From assembly GCA_040387875.1 (NCBI GenBank), contig JAZKCX010000039.1, forward strand, positions 2,127 through 66,126: DNA of 64,000 nt. Reading direction: 5' to 3'. Positions 40,523 through 48,319 of this stretch are shown here, piece after piece. The stretch comes from Pseudomonadota bacterium. Lineage in GTDB: Bacteria > Pseudomonadota > Gammaproteobacteria > Burkholderiales > Burkholderiaceae_C. The first letter of the stretch is position 1; each line of letters opens with the position of its first letter. The notes below the pieces were generated by a model. It did not search any database and had not been told where the DNA came from. It saw nothing but the letters and a program-made list of their open reading frames with translations. A program made the position numbers and the translations under genes.

Positions 40523-40556
40523 ATTAGACCACATAAATCAAACGATTGATTAAATT
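40523..40556 (-). promoter_or_regulatory. 34-bp operator/promoter element, copy 1 (ATTAGACCACATAAATCAAACGATTGATTAAATT)
   Basis: It lies 5 nt upstream of the RND permease ATG. It matches 45286-45319 at 33 of 34 positions and contains a near-perfect copy of the 16-bp palindrome AATCAATCGATTGATT. Confidence 0.55.
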
Positions 40557-40708
40557 GGTATGACTTTCCAGCCCTCTTTATCCTATTTTTTTAAAGGCCA
40601 TTTTCTGGCTTGTCACGCTTTGCCACCCTGACCCGACCAAAGGAGCAGGTAGACGCCAACCGTGGCTGCTACCCCTAACCAGAAACCAAGTCTTGAAAGG
40701 ACTCCATC

Positions 40709-41011
40709 ATGAAAACCTTGTTCATCGCACTCGCCATCACCTCTGCTTCCATGACCGCTTTTGCCGGCTCCGGCAACGACAGCGCACAAGTTGCCCAGGC
40801 AACGTCCGGCCAGACCAGCCGTGTGGAAGCCACCGTCAAGCACAGCGCTCCCGCTCCTGTCATCCAGTCCAACTTCGGCGAACGCACCTACGACGGCGCC
40901 ACCCCCGCCAGCTTTGGCAAGACCCGCGCACAGGTGATGGCCGAGACCCGGGAAGCCATCCGTACCGGCGAACTGCGCTACGTTGACGAAGCTTTCCAGC
41001 GCAACCTGTAA
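40709..41011 (+). CDS. DUF4148-like small periplasmic protein
   Basis: An AAAGGA Shine-Dalgarno sequence and a signal peptide are present. The C-terminal block KTRAQVMAETREAIRTGEL is typical of DUF4148. Confidence 0.6.
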   Translation: MKTLFIALAITSASMTAFAGSGNDSAQVAQATSGQTSRVEATVKHSAPAPVIQSNFGERTYDGATPASFGKTRAQVMAETREAIRTGELRYVDEAFQRNL

Positions 41012-41147
41012 AGCGCAGCCGCCTCTGTACTGCACGCTGTGCATGTAAGAAAGCGCTGCCCCATGCGTCTAAGTTGCACCAAGACCGGTCATGCCAGGAC
41101 ATCCTCCGCTGTGGACGGATGCCTGGCCCGGCCGCAAGGACCGCACC

Positions 41148-41744
41148 ATGACGCCTACCGGGCTGGAAGCCGAACTGCCGGCACTGCGCAGCCAGTTGAT
41201 GCGGCATGCGCGCCTGGTGGTACGCGACGCAGCACTGGCCGAAGACCTGGTGCAGGACACCTTGCTGGCGGTAGTGCAACAGCACGCCGAACGCCGGGGC
41301 GATGCCAAGCTGGCGACCTGGGCCATTGCAATTTTGAAGAACAAGGTGGCCGACTGGTACCGCTCGCCGCAAAGCTGGCGCCTGGTCCCGTTGCAGGACG
41401 ACAGCGACGCCCTCGGTGAAGCCGTGGACGGCCTGTACAGCAGCAGCGGCCACTATGCCGAGACGGTACCGGCCTGGCAACAGCCCGACAACCGTACCGA
41501 ACAAAAACAGATGATGAGCACACTGGAGGGATGCATGGCCTGCCTGCCAACACAGACCGGGCGCGTTTTCATGATGCGTGAATGGCTCGGCTTTGAGTCG
41601 TCCGAAATCTGCACGCGCCTGAAAATCAGTCCCGAGAACTGCCGCACCCTGCTGCACCGCGCCCGCATGGGCCTGCGGCTGTGCATGGAGAAAAACTGGC
41701 TGGGCCAGAAGGCCGCAGCGGGCATGGCGGAGGCATCGGCATGA
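41148..41744 (+). CDS. ECF-type RNA polymerase sigma-70 factor
   Basis: Region 2 (AEDLVQDTLLAVV) and region 4 HTH (SSEICTRLKISPENCRTLLHRARMGLR) are present. AAGGA lies 7 nt upstream of the ATG at 41148. Confidence 0.85.
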   Translation: MTPTGLEAELPALRSQLMRHARLVVRDAALAEDLVQDTLLAVVQQHAERRGDAKLATWAIAILKNKVADWYRSPQSWRLVPLQDDSDALGEAVDGLYSSSGHYAETVPAWQQPDNRTEQKQMMSTLEGCMACLPTQTGRVFMMREWLGFESSEICTRLKISPENCRTLLHRARMGLRLCMEKNWLGQKAAAGMAEASA

Positions 41745-41944
41745 ACTGGCTGGTCTCGTGCAAGCAGGCCGCCGAGCTGCTGTCCATCTCGCAGGACGAA
41801 CCCCTGGGCCTGATCAGCCGGCTGCGGCTGCGCGCCCATTTGTCGATGTGTGAAAACTGCCGCCAGGTGGAGGCACAGTTCAACTCCCTGCGCTCCCTCA
41901 CCGGCCAGTGGATGGAAGACGAGGCGGGTCAGCGCAAAGACTAA
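41741..41944 (+). CDS. zf-HC2 anti-sigma factor-like small protein
   Basis: The ATG overlaps the sigma gene stop (ATGA). The H-x3-C-x2-C motif (HLSMCENC) is present. At 67 aa the protein has no TM segment. Confidence 0.6.
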   Translation: MNWLVSCKQAAELLSISQDEPLGLISRLRLRAHLSMCENCRQVEAQFNSLRSLTGQWMEDEAGQRKD

Positions 41945-41947
41945 CGC

Positions 41948-43132
41948 CTATTTTTTAGGAGCAGAAGACGTAGCACTGGCGCCGGCCAGAGGCTTATTTG
42001 GCTCAGAAATAGCGGCTGCAGCCACGTTTTTGACCAAATCGCCGTCGTTCAGGAAACCGGCACCGCTGGCCACCAGCACCGCATCCGGCGCAATGCCGCC
42101 CAGCACTTCCACCCGGTCGCCCAGCCGGCGGCCAGTCTGCACCTTGAGCTGGGACACGCGGTTGTCCGCGCCCAGCCGGAAAACGTAGCTGAAGCCGTCG
42201 CGCACCACCACCGATTGCTGCGGTACCGTCAGCGCGGCGGACGCGCCCATCTCGAACTCGCCCTTCGCAAACATCCCGGCCTGAACCGGCGCCGACGCTC
42301 CAGCGCTGGTTGGCAAATCCACATAAACCAGCGCCGCCCGGGTTTGCGGGTCGACCGTGGGCGCCACCATGCGCACCTTGCCCTGGAGCTGCGTGCCGTT
42401 GGCCGCAGTGACCTTGGCGGTAGTGCCAGGAATCAGCCTACCGAGTTCGGTGGATGTCACCTCGGCCCGCCACTCCAGCCGGCCCTGGCGGATCAGCCGG
42501 AACAGCTCGGTGCCGCTGGCCACCACCGCGCCTACCGTGGCGGTACGTGAAGAGATCACGCCCGCATCGGGCGCCAGCACCTGGGTTTGCCTCAAACGCA
42601 GTTGCTGCACCGCCAGGCTGGCACGTGCCGCCTCGACCCTGGCCTGGGCTGTCTGCGCGGTGGTGAGGTACTGGTTGATCTGCTGGGTGCTGAGCGCGCC
42701 GGTGCTTTGCAGGGTGCGGGCGCGTTCGGCGTTGTTGGTGGCGTCGGCGGCATTGGCGTCGGCCTCGGCCAGCGCGGCCTTGGCCTGGGCCAGATCGGCC
42801 AACACCGGTTCGCTGGCAAAGCTGGCCAGCACCTGGCCGGCGCGCACCCGGTCGCCCACATTGGCGCGCACTTCGCGCAGCCGCAGGCCGCTGGCCTCGC
42901 TGCCGACGATGGCCTCCTGCCAGGCGGTGATGTTGCCGTTGGCCGCCAGGGCAATGGGCAAACTGGCCTGCTGCGGCTGGGCAGTGGTGACAGTGAGCGC
43001 AGGTTTGGGCGGGGTGGTCTTTTTCTCGTCCGCTGCCGTAGATTTGGAAGAAAAAAGCACGAACGCCAGCGCCAGTATTACGACAGCCGCTATCGCATAA
43101 ATAGCAAGAGAATTGCGTTTGAAGAAGGTCAT
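41948..43132 (-). CDS. RND efflux periplasmic adaptor (membrane fusion protein)
   Basis: An N-terminal anchor, a coiled-coil hairpin (AQAKAALAEADANAADATNNAERARTLQ) and beta-barrel blocks are present. The last 19 codons derive from a REP-like element. Confidence 0.9.
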   Translation of the reverse strand: MTFFKRNSLAIYAIAAVVILALAFVLFSSKSTAADEKKTTPPKPALTVTTAQPQQASLPIALAANGNITAWQEAIVGSEASGLRLREVRANVGDRVRAGQVLASFASEPVLADLAQAKAALAEADANAADATNNAERARTLQSTGALSTQQINQYLTTAQTAQARVEAARASLAVQQLRLRQTQVLAPDAGVISSRTATVGAVVASGTELFRLIRQGRLEWRAEVTSTELGRLIPGTTAKVTAANGTQLQGKVRMVAPTVDPQTRAALVYVDLPTSAGASAPVQAGMFAKGEFEMGASAALTVPQQSVVVRDGFSYVFRLGADNRVSQLKVQTGRRLGDRVEVLGGIAPDAVLVASGAGFLNDGDLVKNVAAAAISEPNKPLAGASATSSAPKK

Positions 43133-44592
43133 GGATTTCTGCTGCTCGCTGCTGCCGTGGGTGTGGCGTTGTTCAGTGCGGTGTCGGTGGCGTTCCAGCC
43201 GCCGCCCATGGCGCGGTACAGCGCCACCCAGGCAGCGCGGCGCTCGCGTTGCAGGCTGGCCAGCGCGGTGTCGGCAGCCAGCGCGGTGCGGCGTGCGTCT
43301 TCCAGCTCCACCAGGCTGGCCAGTCCGCTCTGGTAGCGGGCCTCGGTACCTTTGAACGATGCGCGGTAGCCTTCGCTGGCAACCTTGGCGTCGTCGCTGC
43401 GCTGGGCCGTGCTTTGCAGGTTGACCAGCGCTTCTTCGACCTCGCGCACCGCCTGGCGCACCTTGCTGCGGTAGAGCGCAGCGGCCTCCACATAGCGGGC
43501 CTCGGCCGACGCCACGTTGGCGGCGCTGCGGCCGCCGTCAAACAGCGGCAGGCTCAGCGCGAGGGGGCCAATCGCCCAGGTGTCGGTATCAAAGGTCATG
43601 CCGGCCGCGCGGTAACGCAGCGCGCCGATGGAGCCGCGCAGCGTGAGCCGCGGGTAGCGCTGGGCCTGGGCGCTGCCCAGATCGGCGCTGGCGGCGGCCA
43701 CTTCGCGTTCGGCGTTGAAGATGTCGGGTCGCTGGCCGAGCGCCTGCGCTGGCACAGACGCTACCGAAACAGGAGCAAAGTCTTGAATATCCGCACCGGC
43801 TACTGGCAGTTTTGATCTTAAATCTGGCTCCTGCCAGCCGCTCAGGGCCACCAGGCCCTTGATGTCGATGTCGCAGAGTGCGCGCTGCTGGGTGGCGCGG
43901 CCACGGCCTTCGGCAGCGCTGGCGCGGGCCAGTGCGGCTGCGGCCGGGGCCTGAAAACCGGCCTGGGCGGCAAGCTCCGCGAGCCGGGCAGTCTCGCCGC
44001 GCGAGGCGGCGTCGGCCTGGCTGATCTGCAGCAGGCGCTCACAACTGCGCAGGCTGCTGTACAGGTTGGCGACTTCCGCCGCCACCGACACGCGGGCATC
44101 GTGCCACTGCGCCTGGGCGCCGTCGAGCCGGGCCTGGGCGGCGTCGCGGCTGGCGCGGTTGGCACCAAACAAATCTATCTCCCAGGCGGCCTGCAGGCCA
44201 CCGGTGATGGTGGTGGCCACAATGTCGGGCGGCGGGCTGCCGGGGGCAATGACGGTTTGCACCGGCTCGCGGCTGGCGCTCAGGTTGGCGTCGAGCGTCG
44301 GCAGCAATGCCGCCCCAGCGGTGGTGCGGCTGGCGCGGGCCTGGGCAATGCGCGAGGCGGCGGTGGCTACCGTGGGGCTTTGCTGCTGGGCCGACTCGAT
44401 CAGCGCCACCAGCAGCGGGTCGCCCTGCTGTTGCCACCACTGCGACAGATCGGTCAGCGAGCCCTGGTGCGGCAGCGGCGCCTGCCACTGCGTGGGAATC
44501 TCCGGTACGGGCTGCGGACTCGCCATGGGCGCAGCGCAGCCGGCCAGCGCCAGCAGCACGGCGAGGGCGGAGAGGGTTTTGGCAGAGGTCAA
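43129..44592 (-). CDS. efflux outer membrane factor lipoprotein, NodT/OprM family
   Basis: Lipobox LALAGCA and two TolC-like repeat halves are present. The gene overlaps both neighbours by 4 nt. Confidence 0.9.
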   Translation of the reverse strand: MTSAKTLSALAVLLALAGCAAPMASPQPVPEIPTQWQAPLPHQGSLTDLSQWWQQQGDPLLVALIESAQQQSPTVATAASRIAQARASRTTAGAALLPTLDANLSASREPVQTVIAPGSPPPDIVATTITGGLQAAWEIDLFGANRASRDAAQARLDGAQAQWHDARVSVAAEVANLYSSLRSCERLLQISQADAASRGETARLAELAAQAGFQAPAAAALARASAAEGRGRATQQRALCDIDIKGLVALSGWQEPDLRSKLPVAGADIQDFAPVSVASVPAQALGQRPDIFNAEREVAAASADLGSAQAQRYPRLTLRGSIGALRYRAAGMTFDTDTWAIGPLALSLPLFDGGRSAANVASAEARYVEAAALYRSKVRQAVREVEEALVNLQSTAQRSDDAKVASEGYRASFKGTEARYQSGLASLVELEDARRTALAADTALASLQRERRAAWVALYRAMGGGWNATDTALNNATPTAAASSRNP

Positions 44593-45278
44593 ACGCGGCC
44601 TTTCGCAGGTGGCAGGGCGGCACGGCGCGCCACCTCGCTCGCTACCATGGCTTCGGCATAGCCCACCATGCGCTGGGCAAACAGGTCAATTGCCTCGGGC
44701 GCGGCAATCAGCCCCGGCCGGATGGCCTGCATCACGTCGCGGCCCACAAACATGTGCACGCCCAGCCCGACGATGGAAAACGCCAGCCGGTGGATATCGT
44801 CATCGGCCTGCGTGACGCCCAGATGGCGGCACAGCACGGCCACCAGCGCCGCATGGGCGGGCTTGATGCCGTTGTCAATTTCTTCGGCCCAGATGCCGGT
44901 GGGCTCGACCATTTCGCGGAAATGCAGCCGCATGCACTGCTGCACCAGCTCGCCCTGCTTGAGCGGCTCCATAAAACCGCCCAGCAGGCCCTGCAACGCC
45001 TGCCGCAGCGTGAAATCGGGGCTGTCGTAACGGGTGGTGTCGTCGCAGGGGCCGCCCATGGGCTCGTTGAATGCCGCCTTGTACAGGCCGGCCTTGTCGC
45101 CAAAGTAGTAGCTGATGGCGCCGATGTTGGCGCCGGCGGCCTGCGCAATTTCGCGGGTGGAAGTCTTGGCAAAACCTTTTTCGGCAAACAGCGCCAGCGC
45201 CGCGTGCAGCAAGCGCTGGCGCGACACCGCGCCGTCACTGCGCTGGGCGGGGGTTTCGGTACGTGCGGAGGAATCCAT
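44589..45278 (-). CDS. TetR/AcrR family transcriptional regulator
   Basis: The N-terminal HTH is LLHAALALFAEKGFAKTSTREIAQAAGANIGAISYYFGDK. It is the first gene of the tetR-OMF-MFP operon. Confidence 0.85.
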   Translation of the reverse strand: MDSSARTETPAQRSDGAVSRQRLLHAALALFAEKGFAKTSTREIAQAAGANIGAISYYFGDKAGLYKAAFNEPMGGPCDDTTRYDSPDFTLRQALQGLLGGFMEPLKQGELVQQCMRLHFREMVEPTGIWAEEIDNGIKPAHAALVAVLCRHLGVTQADDDIHRLAFSIVGLGVHMFVGRDVMQAIRPGLIAAPEAIDLFAQRMVGYAEAMVASEVARRAALPPAKGRV

Positions 45279-45285
45279 GGGGTCG

Positions 45286-45319
45286 ATTAGACCACATAAA
45301 TCAATCGATTGATTAAATT
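45286..45319 (-). promoter_or_regulatory. 34-bp operator/promoter element, copy 2 (ATTAGACCACATAAATCAATCGATTGATTAAATT)
   Basis: It lies 7 nt upstream of the tetR ATG and carries the perfect 16-bp palindrome AATCAATCGATTGATT. Confidence 0.55.
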
Positions 45320-45335
45320 CGGGGGATTGGAAAAC

Positions 45336-47186
45336 TTAGCCGGACTCGATTTTTCGCTTTTCCACCCTGCAGAATTGGTAGGCGTAACCTTTCGCACCGA
45401 TAAACGCCTTCTGCAGGATGCAACTACCTGCGTTGATGGAAAAACCACGGCTTTCGGCTGTTTTTGACGCGCCCTCCAGAAGCGTTGTGTTTTCCGATTC
45501 CAACTCCTGTTGTCGTTGCGGATACAACTGGAATTCACACGTCACATCACTGGAATTTTGTTTGACTCGGGGAATGACCGCCCCGGCGAGCTCGGTAGTT
45601 CGATTGATATAGCGGGTCACCAATTTGCACGCTGTACTGCCAGTGCGGATCTGGTTGCGTTGCAACCAACGGTTCAGTCTGGAAAGCCTGTGGGCGCGCG
45701 CATCCACACGCCCTTGAACAATTGCGTACAAACCCCCTGGACGACTGTCAACGAGGGATTCCGCACGCTCCCAGAAAACTTTTGATTGTGAAATTTCAGT
45801 GAGCGATACAAACACCAGCTGTTCAGGGAAGGCGGGCGTGATCCAGGCAAAAGGAGGGCCGATCAACAACACCATCGATGAATCGGGCTGGCTGATCTTG
45901 GGCACCTCCACTGCATAGCTTTCGCTGGACCACGGCGCATGGCCCCACGTTTCAAACCGCACTAGCGTTACCAGCATCGAAAACACCAGCATCATTGGCA
46001 CAAACCGGTTTGCCTTTGTAGGGCCGACGAGCGCCCTGAAAGCCAACCAGCACGCGATCGGCAACAACATTTCTATTGATACCGCATACCGACCAATGCT
46101 GAACAACAACATCCAAGTGAAGTAGCTGGTGGCCAGGAATATCAGGAAAGGACGAATACCATGGGATTCCCCTGTGGCGGGCAATCCTTCCGCGCGATTC
46201 GATCTTGCACCGGAGATTTTCCTGAGAAGATTTCGGAAAAACCAGACCCAGAGCAGGGTGTAGCTGATCGGCCATAGCCACAGCGTCAGCTTTATTTCAC
46301 CCATCCGCTGCGGCGAGACGGCTACCACATAGGGGTAAAAAATGGCTTCGACAATGCTGCGTGGCATCCAGCTTGTATCGCGCAGGGAGCTTTGTTCAAA
46401 AAGCTCTGACCGAAAAACCGAATTGAACATCGGAAATACCGGGTTTCCGAAATGCTGCCACATCGTCAAATACCAAAACCCGCCCGTCACCGCCATGCCG
46501 AACAACACGCCCAGGCCAAAAATGGTCGTCACCGCCAGGCGCTGTGGTAACGGTAGCCTGAGACAGAGCAGGCTGACAAAAATACCCACCGCGTAGATCG
46601 CATTGGTTAATTTGAGCCCGGCACCCATACCCACCAGCAGGGCGGCCAGAAAGCAGATGCCCAGGCCACTTCGCCAATCTGATTCCAGTGTTTTCCACGA
46701 CTTGAGAATCAGATACAGCGCACCCAGATTCAGCAAGGCTGTTGTGTTGTCGCCCATGGTGTTACCCAACTCGGACAGGAAGGTCGGTGCAAGACACCCG
46801 CCCAGTGCCAGCAACACCACCACATGCGTTTTCGTATCGGTGGGCAGTAACAGGCGCGCAATGGCCAGCAACAAGCCAAAATTCAGCCCATGTAGACACC
46901 CCATGATGAAACCTGTCGCGGGGGGCCACAGGTATTTGGACATCCAGTAATAAGGAATATCCAGCAGCGGATTGAAGTAACTTTGGATTCCCGCAGGCGC
47001 CAGATCAGTGCCTGTTCGGTTGGTCAGATAGGCCCATGGGTTGTAGACATGGTAATTCTGAAGATCCCAGTTGGCATCCTGTCCTGCATACAGCGAAAGC
47101 AGGCCAAACAGCGCAGCACCCACAGCCCACAAAGGAATCTCGTACCCACACAGTCTTGGCGCCAGAAATGCAGATGGTCTGATCAT
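45336..47186 (-). CDS. polytopic membrane protein, candidate GT-C-fold glycosyltransferase (GT87/DUF2029-like, uncertain), with a ~190 aa C-terminal soluble domain
   Basis: A 616 aa protein with about 11-12 hydrophobic helices in the first ~420 aa. An acidic/aromatic loop (DANWDLQNYHVYNPWAY) follows helix 1, as in GT-C enzymes. The gene is clearly lower in GC than its neighbours. Confidence 0.45.
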   Translation of the reverse strand: MIRPSAFLAPRLCGYEIPLWAVGAALFGLLSLYAGQDANWDLQNYHVYNPWAYLTNRTGTDLAPAGIQSYFNPLLDIPYYWMSKYLWPPATGFIMGCLHGLNFGLLLAIARLLLPTDTKTHVVVLLALGGCLAPTFLSELGNTMGDNTTALLNLGALYLILKSWKTLESDWRSGLGICFLAALLVGMGAGLKLTNAIYAVGIFVSLLCLRLPLPQRLAVTTIFGLGVLFGMAVTGGFWYLTMWQHFGNPVFPMFNSVFRSELFEQSSLRDTSWMPRSIVEAIFYPYVVAVSPQRMGEIKLTLWLWPISYTLLWVWFFRNLLRKISGARSNRAEGLPATGESHGIRPFLIFLATSYFTWMLLFSIGRYAVSIEMLLPIACWLAFRALVGPTKANRFVPMMLVFSMLVTLVRFETWGHAPWSSESYAVEVPKISQPDSSMVLLIGPPFAWITPAFPEQLVFVSLTEISQSKVFWERAESLVDSRPGGLYAIVQGRVDARAHRLSRLNRWLQRNQIRTGSTACKLVTRYINRTTELAGAVIPRVKQNSSDVTCEFQLYPQRQQELESENTTLLEGASKTAESRGFSINAGSCILQKAFIGAKGYAYQFCRVEKRKIESG

Positions 47187-47564
47187 GTTTTATCGGGGAA
47201 AATTTGTGGCTTGCTGGCTGGGCAGCTTTGTGCAGCTGAAACGCCGCAACTGATCTTAGTTCGAGAATAGCCCATCAATCCCGCCAACGCTATGCCGACG
47301 GTCGCGTGCAATGGCGTTGCTGCCGCGCGTCCCAATTGCGTTGGGGGAACTATGGAAGCTGCGCGCCAAGACGCGCAGCTCCACTTTTCTCGCTCTGGTG
47401 GCGTGAAGCTCTCGCCGCGACTTTACTTTTGGTCAGCGCCGAAAGTAGCCGTGTGCACCGCTGTGGATCTCACCAGGCAGGAGGGCAACCTGTCAGGGGA
47501 GCGATCTGGTTTCACCAGCGCAGGTTGGCAAAGCTTCTCCGGTAGCAAGCGCCCGGCAGCAATA

Positions 47565-48062
47565 TCAGTTCAGCAGGCGCTTGGCTTCGAGCCGGCCGCA
47601 CTTGTCCTGAATCACCACGTTGCTGTCGATGACGCGGTTTTTGCCTTCGCGGGAGCTCACGTCCAGCAGCATGCGGGCCGGAATGGCGCGGCAGCCGATG
47701 GGCTCGCACAGGGCTTCTTCGCCGTTTTTCACCAGCGAGGCCTCGACCACAAAATCGCCGCCCGAGGCAATCGTCAGTCCGCCGAACTTCACTTCCTTGG
47801 TGTTGCGGAAATACACAAACTGTTCGGTGGTGGCCTTGCCCAGTTTCACCATGGCCGATTTGCTGTCGATCACCACCGCCACGATTTTCTGCTCGGGCAG
47901 CTTGACGATATCGACCGAACAACCTGCCGAGCGGGCATTGAACTTGGCCTTATCCGCATCGGAAATGAACTGCAGGCTGAGGTCGGGCGCCTGGGCCTGG
48001 GCAGCAAAGGCGGTGGCAAGGGCGAGTGCAACGACGGCAATTGAATGCGTCCGGAAGTTCAT
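47565..48062 (-). CDS. hypothetical secreted protein
   Basis: The ATG at 48062 has a GGAG Shine-Dalgarno sequence. A signal peptide ends in AQAQA, and the mature part carries 4 Cys. I recognise no family. Confidence 0.5.
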   Translation of the reverse strand: MNFRTHSIAVVALALATAFAAQAQAPDLSLQFISDADKAKFNARSAGCSVDIVKLPEQKIVAVVIDSKSAMVKLGKATTEQFVYFRNTKEVKFGGLTIASGGDFVVEASLVKNGEEALCEPIGCRAIPARMLLDVSSREGKNRVIDSNVVIQDKCGRLEAKRLLN

Positions 48063-48319
48063 TCTGGCTCCTGGGCAAGTGGCAAGGGCGCGTCGGGCTT
48101 TTGGCCCTTCCACCCCGGTATTCTGGCTGATATTTGCGGAAGGTCCTTTCCGCACGGTCTGCGGGCTGACTGCATCCCACCGTCGTCGCTTTCACAGGTA
48201 ATCAAATGTAAGCCCTCGAAGCATAGGCCACAACCGTGGCGGCCCCCTGCGGTAAATGGGGAACGGGCGGCCCAGCAGAGCGGTTGACCGGCACGAAGCC
48301 GGGTACCACCGGCGGGCGC

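Noticed and set aside
40613-41044. A 143-aa minus-strand ORF in the gap between the RND permease gene and the sigma gene.
   Set aside because: It overlaps the plus-strand DUF4148-like gene, which has a Shine-Dalgarno sequence, a signal peptide and a recognisable C-terminal motif. The minus-strand product has no such features.
45286-45319. The pair of 34-bp repeats (together with 40523-40556) as IS-element ends, att sites or target-site duplications.
   Set aside because: They are direct repeats, not inverted ones. No transposase or integrase lies between or beside them. Each sits at an almost identical distance from a start codon and carries an internal 16-bp palindrome. An operator/promoter interpretation fits better, although recombination between the copies remains possible.
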